64,000 nucleotides of DNA, from NCBI GenBank assembly GCA_965223865.1, contig OZ245020.1, positions 992,001 to 1,056,000 on the forward strand, in the 5' to 3' direction. The notes beneath the pieces are model-generated. The model ran no database searches. It was not told the origin of the DNA and saw nothing but the letters and a program-made list of their open reading frames with translations. The stretch is from Nitrosarchaeum sp. (GTDB taxonomy: Archaea > Thermoproteota > Nitrososphaeria > Nitrososphaerales > Nitrosopumilaceae). Position numbers and translations under genes: made by a program. Shown one piece after another: positions 49,601 to 58,916 of this stretch; position 1 is the first letter of the stretch; each line of letters begins with the position of its first letter.

Positions 49601-50059
49601 TGATTCTATGATGCCAAGTGGTCTGAATATTAAATTCTCAGGATCATTTACTGGATCCATTATCCGTGGTTTGTCAAACGTGTTACCACCATCGTTGCTT
49701 TTTGTAAAGTAGATGGCATCAATACCGTCTGGGTCGATTCTATCCTCCCAGACTATGTAGACATTATTTTCTGCAACTATGATTTTTGGATCAGGATAAA
49801 ATGAGCTGCCATTTGTGAGATTTATTGGCTCATCAAATGTTTTTCCGTTATCAGTGCTTTTTGCAAAAAACAAATCCAAAAACTGTGGACCAGAACCTTC
49901 CGGCCACACCACATACACTCCAGAACCATCCACGGCAATTTTAGGGTCATCAACTCCCCTTGATGCGTGGATGTCATGCACTGAATATGCAGAATTATTG
50001 ATTCCAAAAGAAAACAGCATTACTATTCCAAGAACTAGCACAATCACACCAAAATGCAT
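46622..50059 (-). CDS. Large secreted protein with BNR/Asp-box (sialidase-like) propeller and further modules
   Basis: About seven S.D.G.[TS]F boxes; RGW-type module; HAHA.ILVKVFGDKFDFS...C..FPDGR.FC domain; start placed at MHFG from promoter spacing. Confidence 0.85.
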   Translation of the reverse strand: MHFGVIVLVLGIVMLFSFGINNSAYSVHDIHASRGVDDPKIAVDGSGVYVVWPEGSGPQFLDLFFAKSTDNGKTFDEPINLTNGSSFYPDPKIIVAENNVYIVWEDRIDPDGIDAIYFTKSNDGGNTFDKPRIMDPVNDPENLIFRPLGIIESNDVVYIFANNWDRNTKNNNIIVISSNDFGNTFSEPKVIFEFSQWDEFVDFEVDKRDGTIYVMADDGKNYDEKGELLLRKILPNGTLSEIISVNGGDTAVTFANIAVSEDNVYAAWRAWENDRWHFVFVKSHDRGETFSEPSKLNSDPESIDIHGSQGSSIFAHDDFVYVKWNEVYWDGKNQTEKIWYATSDNLGGDFEVKVHPLNDLLNMYGDIITVKNDSNLYSMAMTTKNPPYGDGAIYVSRSNDGGKSFAKPVDVLESNPPAFRFPDIATQNDSIYFVAKGDSDTNCILYTASHDLGGSFEDMKNLSPNGTPKECLGIIKEILPPNHQIKSGVEIEDVRCNEERSKGYVLALRQDDDMQPICVTAASYDRMLDREIISDKSFETIALNAAKNYLLSHPKLSTKIVEDSLKLEIYMTRHSVPPAFIIKGSFESNNPIYDGDKNPLKHTVEITLVQNNIVHLAEIDDTFLLTESEDLTERQNPRDRTIVSPTIGTILSPGDRVNNKGLIPLLITEVSQGGYPDTTHWTFQSIGYHGDNRDKLWGFLPDPYRISETVDQNGNDAIDRERMPENFGIPMPLFVFPLLCNGEERVEGESGWHYTLPTRTDTDTVYFRSTDKGIYPDENGIYDIKFVSMFKPKVELLPNTEAIINETVLCPFEKTMNDATHAYYTHLQYKIVDEWTTSYYSPESGIIQEGPHAHATILVKVFGDKFDFSQPQFHLKDPKINLEPAQPDLIHRNSKDATIGLFFETLGMNLNQECFVFPDGRDFCNDDEYVLKFYVNDERKGDISQYVITEDDRIFVSYGPESSQDIEEQLAELESMAKYNYFSLDNLMTMDVGTVRNGTYNGDLGFKTAEKLMMIEMNIHSQQNIFGNEGDVIEYTSEEIFERIGEIEAENIKMYKFGPEVYAKYVLAKETFEDSIKNNLDWKIDQQNITESIPLVFVEINSQSKIIEIILQKDLENNPDEIELYASLADEVIPKDIPWEISFSS

Positions 50060-50081
50060 ATGACAAAGCATCGGTACCAAG

Positions 50082-50098
50082 TTCATAAGTTCTTCTAA
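50082..50098 (-). promoter_or_regulatory. Conserved BRE/TATA-like motif, copy 3
   Basis: Reverse complement reads TTAGAAGAACTTATGAA, 22 nt before ATG 50059. Confidence 0.75.
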
Positions 50099-50176
50099 GA
50101 ATTCCCATTAATAGAAAAAATACTAGTCGATTTGGAGTAAAAGAATCATGGATTAGATGAGGTCCTATCTTATCTG

Positions 50177-50575
50177 TATCAATTTGGAATCTAGTTTATC
50201 ATTTCAGCAATATTGATTATCAATTCGGCATCTTTTCGGAGAGTCAAATTATCAATTCAGAAATAAATTCTAACAATTCAGTATCAATTCGGTGGAAGAT
50301 TTCGATTGATCCGGATTGATAACTATCTTTCCGGTAAACAAAAATGACTTTATCGGATTGATATTCAGATAGAATTCAAATGTACCGGAAAGATACCTGA
50401 AAAATCAAGCCTTTTCAAGCTTCTATCGAGAGCCACAAGGCTTGACCTGAAGCCTCTACCGATGGACATTTCTGGACATTGTCCAATTTTATCCGATAAA
50501 ATTCAAAACTGTCCAATTTTGTCTACAAAATTCACGTATGTCAAGAATTATCTGAGAATATCCATTCTGTCCAAA
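50177..50575. repeat. Non-coding array of helically phased 11-bp repeats with inverted copies and palindromes
   Basis: TATCAATTCRG-like units at 50177, 50197, 50218, 50229, 50250, 50271, 50282; inverted units at 50301, 50311, 50353, 50385; 13-bp IR 50324-50336/50383-50395; TGGACA/TGTCCA repeats 50463-50573. Confidence 0.8.
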
Positions 50576-50617
50576 GAATAGCAATAGTTATCAACAATCA
50601 TTTTGGGCAGGATCGCA

Positions 50618-52708
50618 TTGAGGATACTCCTATTTGCACTGATGACAATTTTCATTTTTGGAGTTACTACTATGGCCTATGCTTCTGAACATTCAAACAC
50701 AAGCGGATACTCGGTCTCACTTGACAGGAATGTATATCCTGTGCCATTTGGAGGAATCCGAGACTTTGAAGACATAACATCTTCACATCCAGATGGCAGA
50801 TCATTGTTTCCTGTGCATCATACTGCGATAGCAGCCGAGAAAATGCAAGAAAAGCACACACTAGGACATGGTGACCTTACATTGCATATCAGAATACACG
50901 ATTCTGACTTTGACATATCATCACAAACAACAGACAAGATCTCCCAAGATATTCCTGGCAAGAGTGTTGGTCCGTTGAAGATATCAGTGTCCAGGGATTC
51001 GCAGACAATGGTGCTTGCATATGCTGGTGGCAGCACCCCGAACACCAGCGGAGTAATTGATGTCGGAGATGACAGTCCAGACAACACAAGGCAACTGGGA
51101 TCAATCTTTGAGGTTGCTCCCGAATCAGGAATATTTGAGCTGGACTTTGAAGTAAGATACACAGACGGCCCCTCCAATCCCAGATGTCCTGCAACTGTGG
51201 TATTTACTGCATTAGACTATGATGCGGCACCTGGCAGCGAAGAGTCAAGGTTTGATGTCCTGTCCTCTCCAAAGGAGAATTACTGCATTATGAAAGGAGA
51301 CATGTTAACTGTGGAATACACTAAACTAGATTCTTCTGGAAACATCATAGATGTGCTGACTGATTCTGCAACATTTGACATGAGAGACGCGTCGCTGAAA
51401 TCAGACAGGTCAATGTACATAATAGGTTCGGACATGATACTGACACTTACTGAGCCAGACCTTGATCTGGACAATGACGTTGCTGAGAGATATGACTTGG
51501 ATTTGATAGAGTGGGACTCGGATGCGGCAACGCTGACTTTGGGCGACCTTGGCGGAGAGGAGTCATCGTTTGATCCGGAACCTGCCACGTTTAGAGAAAC
51601 AGGGGACAGCACCGGCATCTTTCAGGTGGTAGTTGAGATTCCAGAAAAACTTCATGATGACTATCTGGAAAGAGGGGAGGAAATTTTGTTGGAGTACACT
51701 GACTGGAGCCCTTCTGGTGCTCAGTATGTTGGACAGGAAGATGAGGATGTAAACTGGACTCTTCACACATCAAACTTTGGTGCGACAGTTGAGCTTGACA
51801 AAAAGGCATACACCTGGACTGACAAGGTCTACATCACCATAGTTGCAAGAGACCACAACTTTGACAGTGATCTGATTGACGAGATTGGCAACTCTGATCA
51901 ATATCCTGTGACAGTATCCACTCAAGGTTTCACACTTGACAGATACAAGCTGGTCGAGACTGGTGTTGACACGGGAATTTTTACGGGAGAGGTGGCCCTG
52001 ACTGGATTTTTGCATGATGCTGATGGAAACAAGATTACAGGCAATGCAGACGGCTCTGACACCAGTCCCAAAACCTCCGGTAATGGAGCAACTGATGGAT
52101 TAATAGAGGCAACCAACAACGACAGCGTTTTCATATCCTTTACCTTTTCTGAAGATGAGACAGTAGTGGGGTCTGCCCTTATCCGATGGAATGAGGGAAA
52201 GGTAAGATGGCTTGAAGACAGTTATCCTACAAGCGGAACAGGAGTGGTCAGGGTGACTGATCCTGACATGAATCTGAATCCTGACAGAATCGACAACTTT
52301 GACATAGACGTGTGGTCTGATTCTGACCCTGGAGGAATTGACCTTACTGTAACTGAGACCGATGATTCAACTGGAATCTTTGAGGGGACTGTATTTTTTA
52401 CCACCACAGACGAGTCCTCAGGTCACAGGCTTCGAGTCATAGAAGGCGACACCCTGACTGCAGAGTATGAGGACAACACACTGCCTGAGCCATATACTCC
52501 TGCAGACGAGCAAGACATCACTGCAAAATCAATGATAATGGAGATGCCTTTATCTCCACTAAAACAGCAGCTGTCAGGAGTGCTTCCAGATGATGTTGCA
52601 TGCAAGAAAGGCCTGGAGAAAGTTTTCAGGTATGATGGCTCTGCAGCTTGTGTGAGTCCATTGACTGCAGAAAAACTGGATCATAGAGGCTGGATCACAC
52701 ACAAATGA
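50618..52708 (+). CDS. S-layer-type Ig-repeat surface protein (C-terminal part only) with own signal peptide and terminal RGW module
   Basis: Collinear with 9522-11207 (YC..GD..TVEY, RETGDSTGIFQ, Y.WTDKVY.TI, SSGHRLRV); ends SPLKQ...ACV...KLDHRGW; TTG start inferred from promoter spacing. Confidence 0.87.
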   Translation: MRILLFALMTIFIFGVTTMAYASEHSNTSGYSVSLDRNVYPVPFGGIRDFEDITSSHPDGRSLFPVHHTAIAAEKMQEKHTLGHGDLTLHIRIHDSDFDISSQTTDKISQDIPGKSVGPLKISVSRDSQTMVLAYAGGSTPNTSGVIDVGDDSPDNTRQLGSIFEVAPESGIFELDFEVRYTDGPSNPRCPATVVFTALDYDAAPGSEESRFDVLSSPKENYCIMKGDMLTVEYTKLDSSGNIIDVLTDSATFDMRDASLKSDRSMYIIGSDMILTLTEPDLDLDNDVAERYDLDLIEWDSDAATLTLGDLGGEESSFDPEPATFRETGDSTGIFQVVVEIPEKLHDDYLERGEEILLEYTDWSPSGAQYVGQEDEDVNWTLHTSNFGATVELDKKAYTWTDKVYITIVARDHNFDSDLIDEIGNSDQYPVTVSTQGFTLDRYKLVETGVDTGIFTGEVALTGFLHDADGNKITGNADGSDTSPKTSGNGATDGLIEATNNDSVFISFTFSEDETVVGSALIRWNEGKVRWLEDSYPTSGTGVVRVTDPDMNLNPDRIDNFDIDVWSDSDPGGIDLTVTETDDSTGIFEGTVFFTTTDESSGHRLRVIEGDTLTAEYEDNTLPEPYTPADEQDITAKSMIMEMPLSPLKQQLSGVLPDDVACKKGLEKVFRYDGSAACVSPLTAEKLDHRGWITHK

Positions 52709-54156
52709 ATTCCAAGATTTTGATTAGTGTTGGCGCTATTGCAGGAATTTCTATCGCAGCAGTTATGGCAATTACATTTGTTGCAACTCTTGGAGATGAT
52801 TCAGATGTATCACTGTCACCTGAAGAGATAAACAAGCTAGAACAGAGTGAAAACATTCCAAGGCAGTTCATAGAAATCACTAATGACAATCCCGAATTCT
52901 TTGAGAAATGGTGTCGTGACCAAAATGGTAACTGGGAGATTAAACAATCACAGATTGGAGGATTCTGCTATTTTGACTCTAGAACTGAAAAGATCAAGGC
53001 AGAACTTGAATGGGACAGATTGCAGCATCCAGTCATTATTGGAGATGACGCGCAGAAGATATGCCATGTTTTGGATTTGAAGTGTAATCAGGATGCAGAG
53101 TTTGAAGGATGGTTTGATGATGAAACAGGATATGTGAAACTTGATTATTCCTTGCATGACAAAGAATATTCATTTAGAATACAGGGAGACAGTATAGAAT
53201 ACTCAAGGCCTGACGTGTCAAGTTTTTGGTATTCATATGACGAGGCCTTTGATCAGCGACTTAATTTTGAACTGTCTGATAATTTCTATTTTGCAGGTAA
53301 TGAGATTCAAATATCTGGAAACGTCTTTGAGCATCCGGTAAATGATGTTGGTGATATGCCTGTAATACTTCAGGTATATTTTGGTAATGATGTGGTAGAG
53401 ATTGCCCAGATTCCTGTCTCTTCTAACGATCGATTTTCCCATCAGATAAAGACAGAAGGCCCGCAATGGCAACAGAGTGGTCGTTATACTGCTGTGGTCT
53501 CATTTGATTCTGGAAAGATGGAAAAAGACTTTGGGTTTTCCACATACTATGTTGGCAAGCCAACAAAATATTTCACAGACCTTGACTCTGGTGATTATGA
53601 GGAGTTGTGCGGTTATCCTGTAACCCATAAGATGCAGCAAGAGTTTTTGGAATCATGGAAGGCAAGACACGATGACAAGGATCCATTCCTTACAATCAGA
53701 CAGGGCACTTTCTCCCATGTTGAACGCTCTCAGTATCTGACTGCCATGCCAATTCTTCACTATTGGTATGACCTGAAAAATGGACAGCAGATCTATTTTG
53801 GCATGGAAGCATGCAGTCTTGACAGAATGTTGTTCAGGGCAGAGCCTGGTCCAAACTGGGAACCACCAAAAGAGTTTGAGATTGATGGCATTACATATGT
53901 GGAGTTGGAGGCTCCTGGAAGGCCATTGATCTACAAGGATACTTTGCTTCCAGTTCTGGATACAGATAACTGCAAACGAGTTGCAGACGAATACACAAAA
54001 CAACAAAGTCAAAAGATATACCTTCGCGAAAACACTTTTTCTGAAAGGGATTGGGAAAATCAAGTTTTCCCTCTGATGGACTATTGTACTGATATTGGGG
54101 AGTACGAGTCAAATACCCGTGATGGAAACATATCGTGGAATTTTATTCTGAAATGA
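52705..54156 (+). CDS. Membrane-anchored mosaic protein with an Ig-like domain
   Basis: ATGA overlap; TM helix; G.EI.ISG.V...VILQV..VEIAQI.V...GPQWQQSG.YT. Confidence 0.82.
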   Translation: MNSKILISVGAIAGISIAAVMAITFVATLGDDSDVSLSPEEINKLEQSENIPRQFIEITNDNPEFFEKWCRDQNGNWEIKQSQIGGFCYFDSRTEKIKAELEWDRLQHPVIIGDDAQKICHVLDLKCNQDAEFEGWFDDETGYVKLDYSLHDKEYSFRIQGDSIEYSRPDVSSFWYSYDEAFDQRLNFELSDNFYFAGNEIQISGNVFEHPVNDVGDMPVILQVYFGNDVVEIAQIPVSSNDRFSHQIKTEGPQWQQSGRYTAVVSFDSGKMEKDFGFSTYYVGKPTKYFTDLDSGDYEELCGYPVTHKMQQEFLESWKARHDDKDPFLTIRQGTFSHVERSQYLTAMPILHYWYDLKNGQQIYFGMEACSLDRMLFRAEPGPNWEPPKEFEIDGITYVELEAPGRPLIYKDTLLPVLDTDNCKRVADEYTKQQSQKIYLRENTFSERDWENQVFPLMDYCTDIGEYESNTRDGNISWNFILK

Positions 54157-54173
54157 AATCAAGTTGCAAAACA

Positions 54174-54190
54174 TCAGAAGAACTTATGAA
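54174..54190 (+). promoter_or_regulatory. Conserved BRE/TATA-like motif, copy 4
   Basis: TCAGAAGAACTTATGAA, 27 nt before ATG 54218. Confidence 0.7.
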
Positions 54191-54217
54191 CATCACACAT
54201 GACCCATAATTGATGCA

Positions 54218-54685
54218 ATGAGCATAGAAAAACTTGGAAAGATTGGAATCAGCGTCGGCATAGCAGTTGGAGTGTTGGTGATATTCATGATTGGCGCGGC
54301 AATTCCTGACACGATTGAACGCTACCATCCTCAGCCACACTTGGTAACTCAGTTTGATCAAACCACAAATGAATATGATATAGATGCTGAATTTTTGATG
54401 AGCAAATTTAACCAGACAGAGGCATATTCAGTTTTTGTCCATCGATATCCTGATCATGTGTCTAACTTGGATGTGCATGAACATGGAGGATATCTCAGAC
54501 TGATTGCAGTAAATACGGATAGAAACAATGTCTTAGAGCTAAGACTGAATATGAATGCAGGAGACAACTGGAGACTAGAACAAGATGCAGAATGCCAAAT
54601 AGGTGCCAGCACAGACAGGGGAGAGATACGTGCAAGAAATTCTGCAGTTGTGGAGTTTATCAAAAAGACAGATTGTATTGAGTGA
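54218..54685 (+). CDS. Membrane-anchored hypothetical protein
   Basis: N-terminal TM helix; F...YP module and terminal Cys pair resemble 36350. Confidence 0.8.
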   Translation: MSIEKLGKIGISVGIAVGVLVIFMIGAAIPDTIERYHPQPHLVTQFDQTTNEYDIDAEFLMSKFNQTEAYSVFVHRYPDHVSNLDVHEHGGYLRLIAVNTDRNNVLELRLNMNAGDNWRLEQDAECQIGASTDRGEIRARNSAVVEFIKKTDCIE

Positions 54686-54721
54686 TGATAGCAACAGGTG
54701 TAAATGCTGAAAAACAATAAA

Positions 54722-55246
54722 ATGAAAACCAAATTTTTGAAAATTCAGTCAAGTGAGAAAAAGACCGTCTGTTTTATCATAGGTCTCTTTGTCCTCAATG
54801 CCTTTGGACTAATTCCAGTTGGAGTCATTGGCGCATATACTGCAGAGCCCATGAAAATAACTTCAAGTGAAACACTAGAGGATGGAACCATCAAAGAAAC
54901 AACAAATCTAAAGTATTACACTGAAGGATTATCTGAGAACATCCAATCCAATGTCTATGAATTTTTTAGATATTCGCTCCCGCTTGCCATGTCAGGATAT
55001 TTTCTAGTCACACCTCCTGACTTTACACATGATTACATTGGAGTTGTAGTGTGGATATTGGCATTTGCATCAATTCCACTTGCAATAAGATACACTGCAA
55101 AATTTCCAAGGTGGCACAGAATAGTCTACGTTTATCTCATTGCAGTACAGATATCGGGAATGTGGGCACTGCACCATATCAATTTTGAATGCATTTCACT
55201 TATCGACTATCCAATTAGACCAGGTCCCCCTTGTAAGGTAATATAG
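54722..55246 (+). CDS. Multi-TM hypothetical protein (MKTK head)
   Basis: Three to four hydrophobic segments; start placed at the MKT junction. Confidence 0.75.
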   Translation: MKTKFLKIQSSEKKTVCFIIGLFVLNAFGLIPVGVIGAYTAEPMKITSSETLEDGTIKETTNLKYYTEGLSENIQSNVYEFFRYSLPLAMSGYFLVTPPDFTHDYIGVVVWILAFASIPLAIRYTAKFPRWHRIVYVYLIAVQISGMWALHHINFECISLIDYPIRPGPPCKVI

Positions 55247-55249
55247 AAA

Positions 55250-55669
55250 ATGAATACTAGAAACAAAATAATATTGATTGCAGTAATTGCCATTATTGCA
55301 ACATTTGTGATAAACTCAGCTATCCCTGGAATATTATTTAGAATGCAAGACAATCTTGGGTTGATTCTATACACTTGCACGCTTGGAATAGAGCGTACTG
55401 GTCCATTAATGCTAATTTCTTATAACAATGGAACACATACCATTGATGAAAATTCCTGTGCTTGGATAAAAAATCCTGGTTACAAACCTGCTTCAATGGA
55501 ACATCAAGAAATTAATGAAATGTCTTGTCAAGAACTTTTAGAAAGACATGCTGCAGGTGACCCTTATCAAAATAAAGAAAACAAGATATTTGCAGAATCA
55601 AAGATCTCAAACTGTAATTTTGTAGATGGCTGGTCTGAAGCACAGAAAAAGGTTGATGATTGGAAATAA
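55250..55669 (+). CDS. Membrane-anchored hypothetical protein (MNTR head)
   Basis: TM helix; N.TH.ID...C.W motif also present in 36746. Confidence 0.78.
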   Translation: MNTRNKIILIAVIAIIATFVINSAIPGILFRMQDNLGLILYTCTLGIERTGPLMLISYNNGTHTIDENSCAWIKNPGYKPASMEHQEINEMSCQELLERHAAGDPYQNKENKIFAESKISNCNFVDGWSEAQKKVDDWK

Positions 55670-55672
55670 GAA

Positions 55673-56175
55673 ATGACGACCAGAGAAATGCTAACCCTGT
55701 GTTTTGCCTTGATGATCATAGTTGGCATCAACCTTAATTTTGTTTTTTACCAAAACATTGTCCCTCCACTGTATATGTCAATGGACCATCTAGATGGGGG
55801 TCATTGGCTCATCTGATCCTGAATTGATTCGGACTCATCTTGCAGGATTAAAACAAGAGTTAAAGAGTATAATGCAGAGTCTGCCTGAAGGCAAGAATCC
55901 GGTCTGGTTTTATCCAACAGAGTCGACCAATTTTCTTAGAATTGAAAGTGACGTAAACACCATGATCACAAGCGTTGAAAAGATTTCTGCATTTCCAAAG
56001 GATACTCTTGCATATCATACTGGAATTATGGATATCAGCAGCAGGGCCTCATTAATCAAAGAAAACCTGTCAGATGCCAAGAGGTTTTCTGTATGCAAGT
56101 GCAACAAATGTAGTTTTTACCCTGATATGGCCGGCCGGTGCTATGGAATTTGCAAAGATATGGATTAGAGAATGA
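55673..56175 (+). pseudogene. Membrane protein gene with two apparent +1 frameshifts
   Basis: MTTREMLTLCFALMII...DHLDG joins ORF 55794 across the G5 run at 55796-55800; a second shift near 56080 gives the hydrophobic tail GFLYASATNVVFTLIW...WIRE* overlapping the next ATGA. Confidence 0.65.
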
Positions 56176-56340
56176 AAACAGGTAAAAAAATGTTAATTGA
56201 ATTTATTGGCAAACACAATAAACTGCTCTTGTGAGAAAAAGCAGTGCATGATAGGACTTGCAAGTATCACAATAGGTGTTGGCGGGTTTATCTTGGCATC
56301 TTTGCTCTAAACACTTCCTTTCTTCTGACATTATAATTAA

Positions 56341-56357
56341 TTAGAAGAACTTATGAA
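56341..56357 (+). promoter_or_regulatory. Conserved BRE/TATA-like motif, copy 5
   Basis: TTAGAAGAACTTATGAA, 22 nt before ATG 56380. Confidence 0.75.
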
Positions 56358-56379
56358 TCTCATAGTTAAGACTAGTCAG

Positions 56380-56697
56380 ATGACAAAGATTGATTGTGCA
56401 CAAAACACTGAGCTTGCAGAAGAGATTGCAGAATTTCTACAGGAAAAGAATTTTTCAATAACATGCGAAAATGATCTGCTGATTACAAATGCAAGACTTT
56501 CAAAATCATTGCTTGAGTTATTTCTTGAAAAAACTGACAGGACCAGACACAAAATCACGCTTGTCGAACCAGATACTTTCCTGATTGCAATTCCTGTAAA
56601 GATGGAGGAAATCGGATTAGAGTCTTGTGAATTTTGCGGGTATACGAGCCACCATGATCTAGTTGAAGTTCATAGAAGGACACACCAAGGCTTGTAG
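56380..56697 (+). CDS. Small protein with C-terminal C2H2-like zinc finger
   Basis: CEFCGYTSHHDLVEVHRRTH; the track's ATG at 56353 lies inside the promoter motif. Confidence 0.75.
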   Translation: MTKIDCAQNTELAEEIAEFLQEKNFSITCENDLLITNARLSKSLLELFLEKTDRTRHKITLVEPDTFLIAIPVKMEEIGLESCEFCGYTSHHDLVEVHRRTHQGL

Positions 56698-56700
56698 AAA

Positions 56701-57642
56701 ATGAAGACTAGGTTCTTGATGATTGTTCTTGTATTTGCAGGTATTTTTGGAACCGTTTATGCTGTTCCAGAGCCTGATCCTGAACACAGCTTTAGATATT
56801 CTGAAATTGTTATTGAGGGCAGGATTTTGTCAGTCAGCATTATTTCTGAGCCCATAATTTACAGAACTGAAGACACTTACTATGAGCAATCAGGAATTGC
56901 AGTTTATGATGTGCAAGTTGTAAAGTCCCTAAAGAACCCTGGTAATGTCAAAACGATTACTGTTGCAGGATATTTCTTAAGAGAACCTCATCCTATGGCC
57001 TATGAGACTTATCCATATGAAGTTGGACAAAAGGTACTGTTGTATTTGCAAGAAAATACTCATGGAGATGGAAATACAGATTTGATTATTCGCTCCAGCA
57101 CTTCAAAGATAGTTGCAGAACCTGATTCTGATTTGGAATCATTGCCTCCTTGTAAGAGTGGACCTTCCCCAGGAAGAAATTTTGTTTTCTTTGATTGTAA
57201 TTGGGTTGAGGTTCCGGATCATTGGAAGTTTGAAAATGGAAAGTGGCAAGAAGATCCATCTGTACTAAAACTTGGACCCGAACCTGATCCCGTATGTCCA
57301 GAAGTTGCTGTTTGTACCTGTCCAGGAAAATACAACTACTACAATTCCACTGACAATCGATGCTACTCTTCACCGTACATTCCGACATCTTATCAGAATG
57401 CATGTAAGCAGTATGCGCAACTTGACTTTGCAGGATGGGCCTTTAATGAAAACACGTGTGACTGGGTTTCTGCCTCTAACCCATACACTGATGATGAAAG
57501 ATTACGTCTGGCGTCTGAGAAGGTAGAACCAGGAGGTCTTGGCATCGATCCTGTCTTTGATGCAAGTACTATTATCGTTGGTGTGTTGATTGGAGCAAGT
57601 GTTGTAGTTGGCATAACATACTACTGGAGAAAAAGAAGATGA
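56701..57642 (+). CDS. Secreted Cys-rich protein with C-terminal TM anchor (MKTR head)
   Basis: Signal peptide; N-domain similar to 34538 (S.[LI]..G.I.SV...G..VL.Y); ends TM + YYWRKRR. Confidence 0.83.
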   Translation: MKTRFLMIVLVFAGIFGTVYAVPEPDPEHSFRYSEIVIEGRILSVSIISEPIIYRTEDTYYEQSGIAVYDVQVVKSLKNPGNVKTITVAGYFLREPHPMAYETYPYEVGQKVLLYLQENTHGDGNTDLIIRSSTSKIVAEPDSDLESLPPCKSGPSPGRNFVFFDCNWVEVPDHWKFENGKWQEDPSVLKLGPEPDPVCPEVAVCTCPGKYNYYNSTDNRCYSSPYIPTSYQNACKQYAQLDFAGWAFNENTCDWVSASNPYTDDERLRLASEKVEPGGLGIDPVFDASTIIVGVLIGASVVVGITYYWRKRR

Positions 57643-58898
57643 AAACTGGAACTTTGATAATTGTTGGTGTAATTGCAATATTTGCAGTGTTTTTTGTACC
57701 TGTAAATGGTTTTTCTGAAGATAATTTTGATATTGGGAGATTTAGCTATTTTCATTACGGGGAAAAATTTTACCAATACAAGTACTATCCATTTGGCACG
57801 TTAGCAAGTGAGTCTTCTAGCAGATGCTATTTTACATCCGATTTTGTTCTTGATAAAAATTCTTTTTCAGAGCCAGGACATGTCATGTACAAATTTCCTA
57901 ATGACATGGTCTGGCCTGGCGGATATGCAAATAGCACATTTTTTGTCATGAGTTCACCCTCATTTAACTTTCCTGAAGATAACAACTTTGAGAGGATAAT
58001 TCCAACCAAAACTGAAGAAGGCAGTATAGTTTTAGAGTTCAATCTTGTGCCCGGACTCAACACATTTCTTGCAAACTCTACTGCTTTTTGGGACTCTCAA
58101 AAATCACAGATAATTGATTGCCCAAACCCATTTGATTATGAAAGACAAGATTATGGATATTATGACTTTGTGTATCCTCTTAAGGTTCAGCAGGACCGTG
58201 CAATGATTTTTGATTTGGACAAAGGTGATTTTTTGTGCAAACCAGAATTTGTTTTAATCAAAAAATATGATGGCTCTCCCGCATGTGTAAGGGAACAAAC
58301 TGCTCCAAAACTAACTGATAAAGAAGAAAGATCAGGTTGGAATGTAAGTGAACAGTTGTGGGAGTCGCTATCAAAGAATATGAATGAATATTATTCTGAT
58401 GATAACTGTCCAAGGCATTGTCTTATCTTTGATGAAAAATATGTTGTAAATGGGATAGAACAAACTTTAGGAAAAACAATTGGACTGCCAAAACTTTTGC
58501 CGGACGGTTATGACCATTTTCAATTTCATCATAGAGACACGTATTCTGTAGTTCAAATTTCTCCCAATTCTATTTCTTTGGATACATCTTGGAATGATTT
58601 TTACTGGGAAGATAATGGAATATTTCTATTATTTTCTGAAACCCCTGTAACTGTTGATGGAAGGACCCAAACTGAATACTGGGCAAAAAACAACGATGCA
58701 CAAAAACTAGATTTGATTACATCTGATGAACATGTGTATATCAAAGAAAGAGGAATTTTTTATGATGATAAACTTGACATTCTTTATCCAACATTTACAG
58801 AAGCCAAATTTAATTATGGAGACCTAACAATTACAGTAACAGGTTATGTTTCAAGTGAAGAAATGTTTAGAATAGTGAATTCATTTTTTGAAAAATAA
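57639..58898 (+). CDS. Secreted mosaic protein (MKTG head); N-half paralogous to 60992, RGW-type module, C-domain like 39987
   Basis: SRC.F...KFP.D..WPG.Y.NSTFF; KKYDGSPACV; PKLLPDGY...EEMFRIVNSFF. Confidence 0.83.
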   Translation: MKTGTLIIVGVIAIFAVFFVPVNGFSEDNFDIGRFSYFHYGEKFYQYKYYPFGTLASESSSRCYFTSDFVLDKNSFSEPGHVMYKFPNDMVWPGGYANSTFFVMSSPSFNFPEDNNFERIIPTKTEEGSIVLEFNLVPGLNTFLANSTAFWDSQKSQIIDCPNPFDYERQDYGYYDFVYPLKVQQDRAMIFDLDKGDFLCKPEFVLIKKYDGSPACVREQTAPKLTDKEERSGWNVSEQLWESLSKNMNEYYSDDNCPRHCLIFDEKYVVNGIEQTLGKTIGLPKLLPDGYDHFQFHHRDTYSVVQISPNSISLDTSWNDFYWEDNGIFLLFSETPVTVDGRTQTEYWAKNNDAQKLDLITSDEHVYIKERGIFYDDKLDILYPTFTEAKFNYGDLTITVTGYVSSEEMFRIVNSFFEK

Positions 58899-58916
58899 TT
58901 GTTGATTAAATAGAAA

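Noticed and set aside
50177-50575. CRISPR array or ORB-type replication origin
   Set aside because: Units are about 11 bp, degenerate and lack unique 30-40 bp spacers. No cas or cdc6/orc1 gene is present and I see no ORB G-string.
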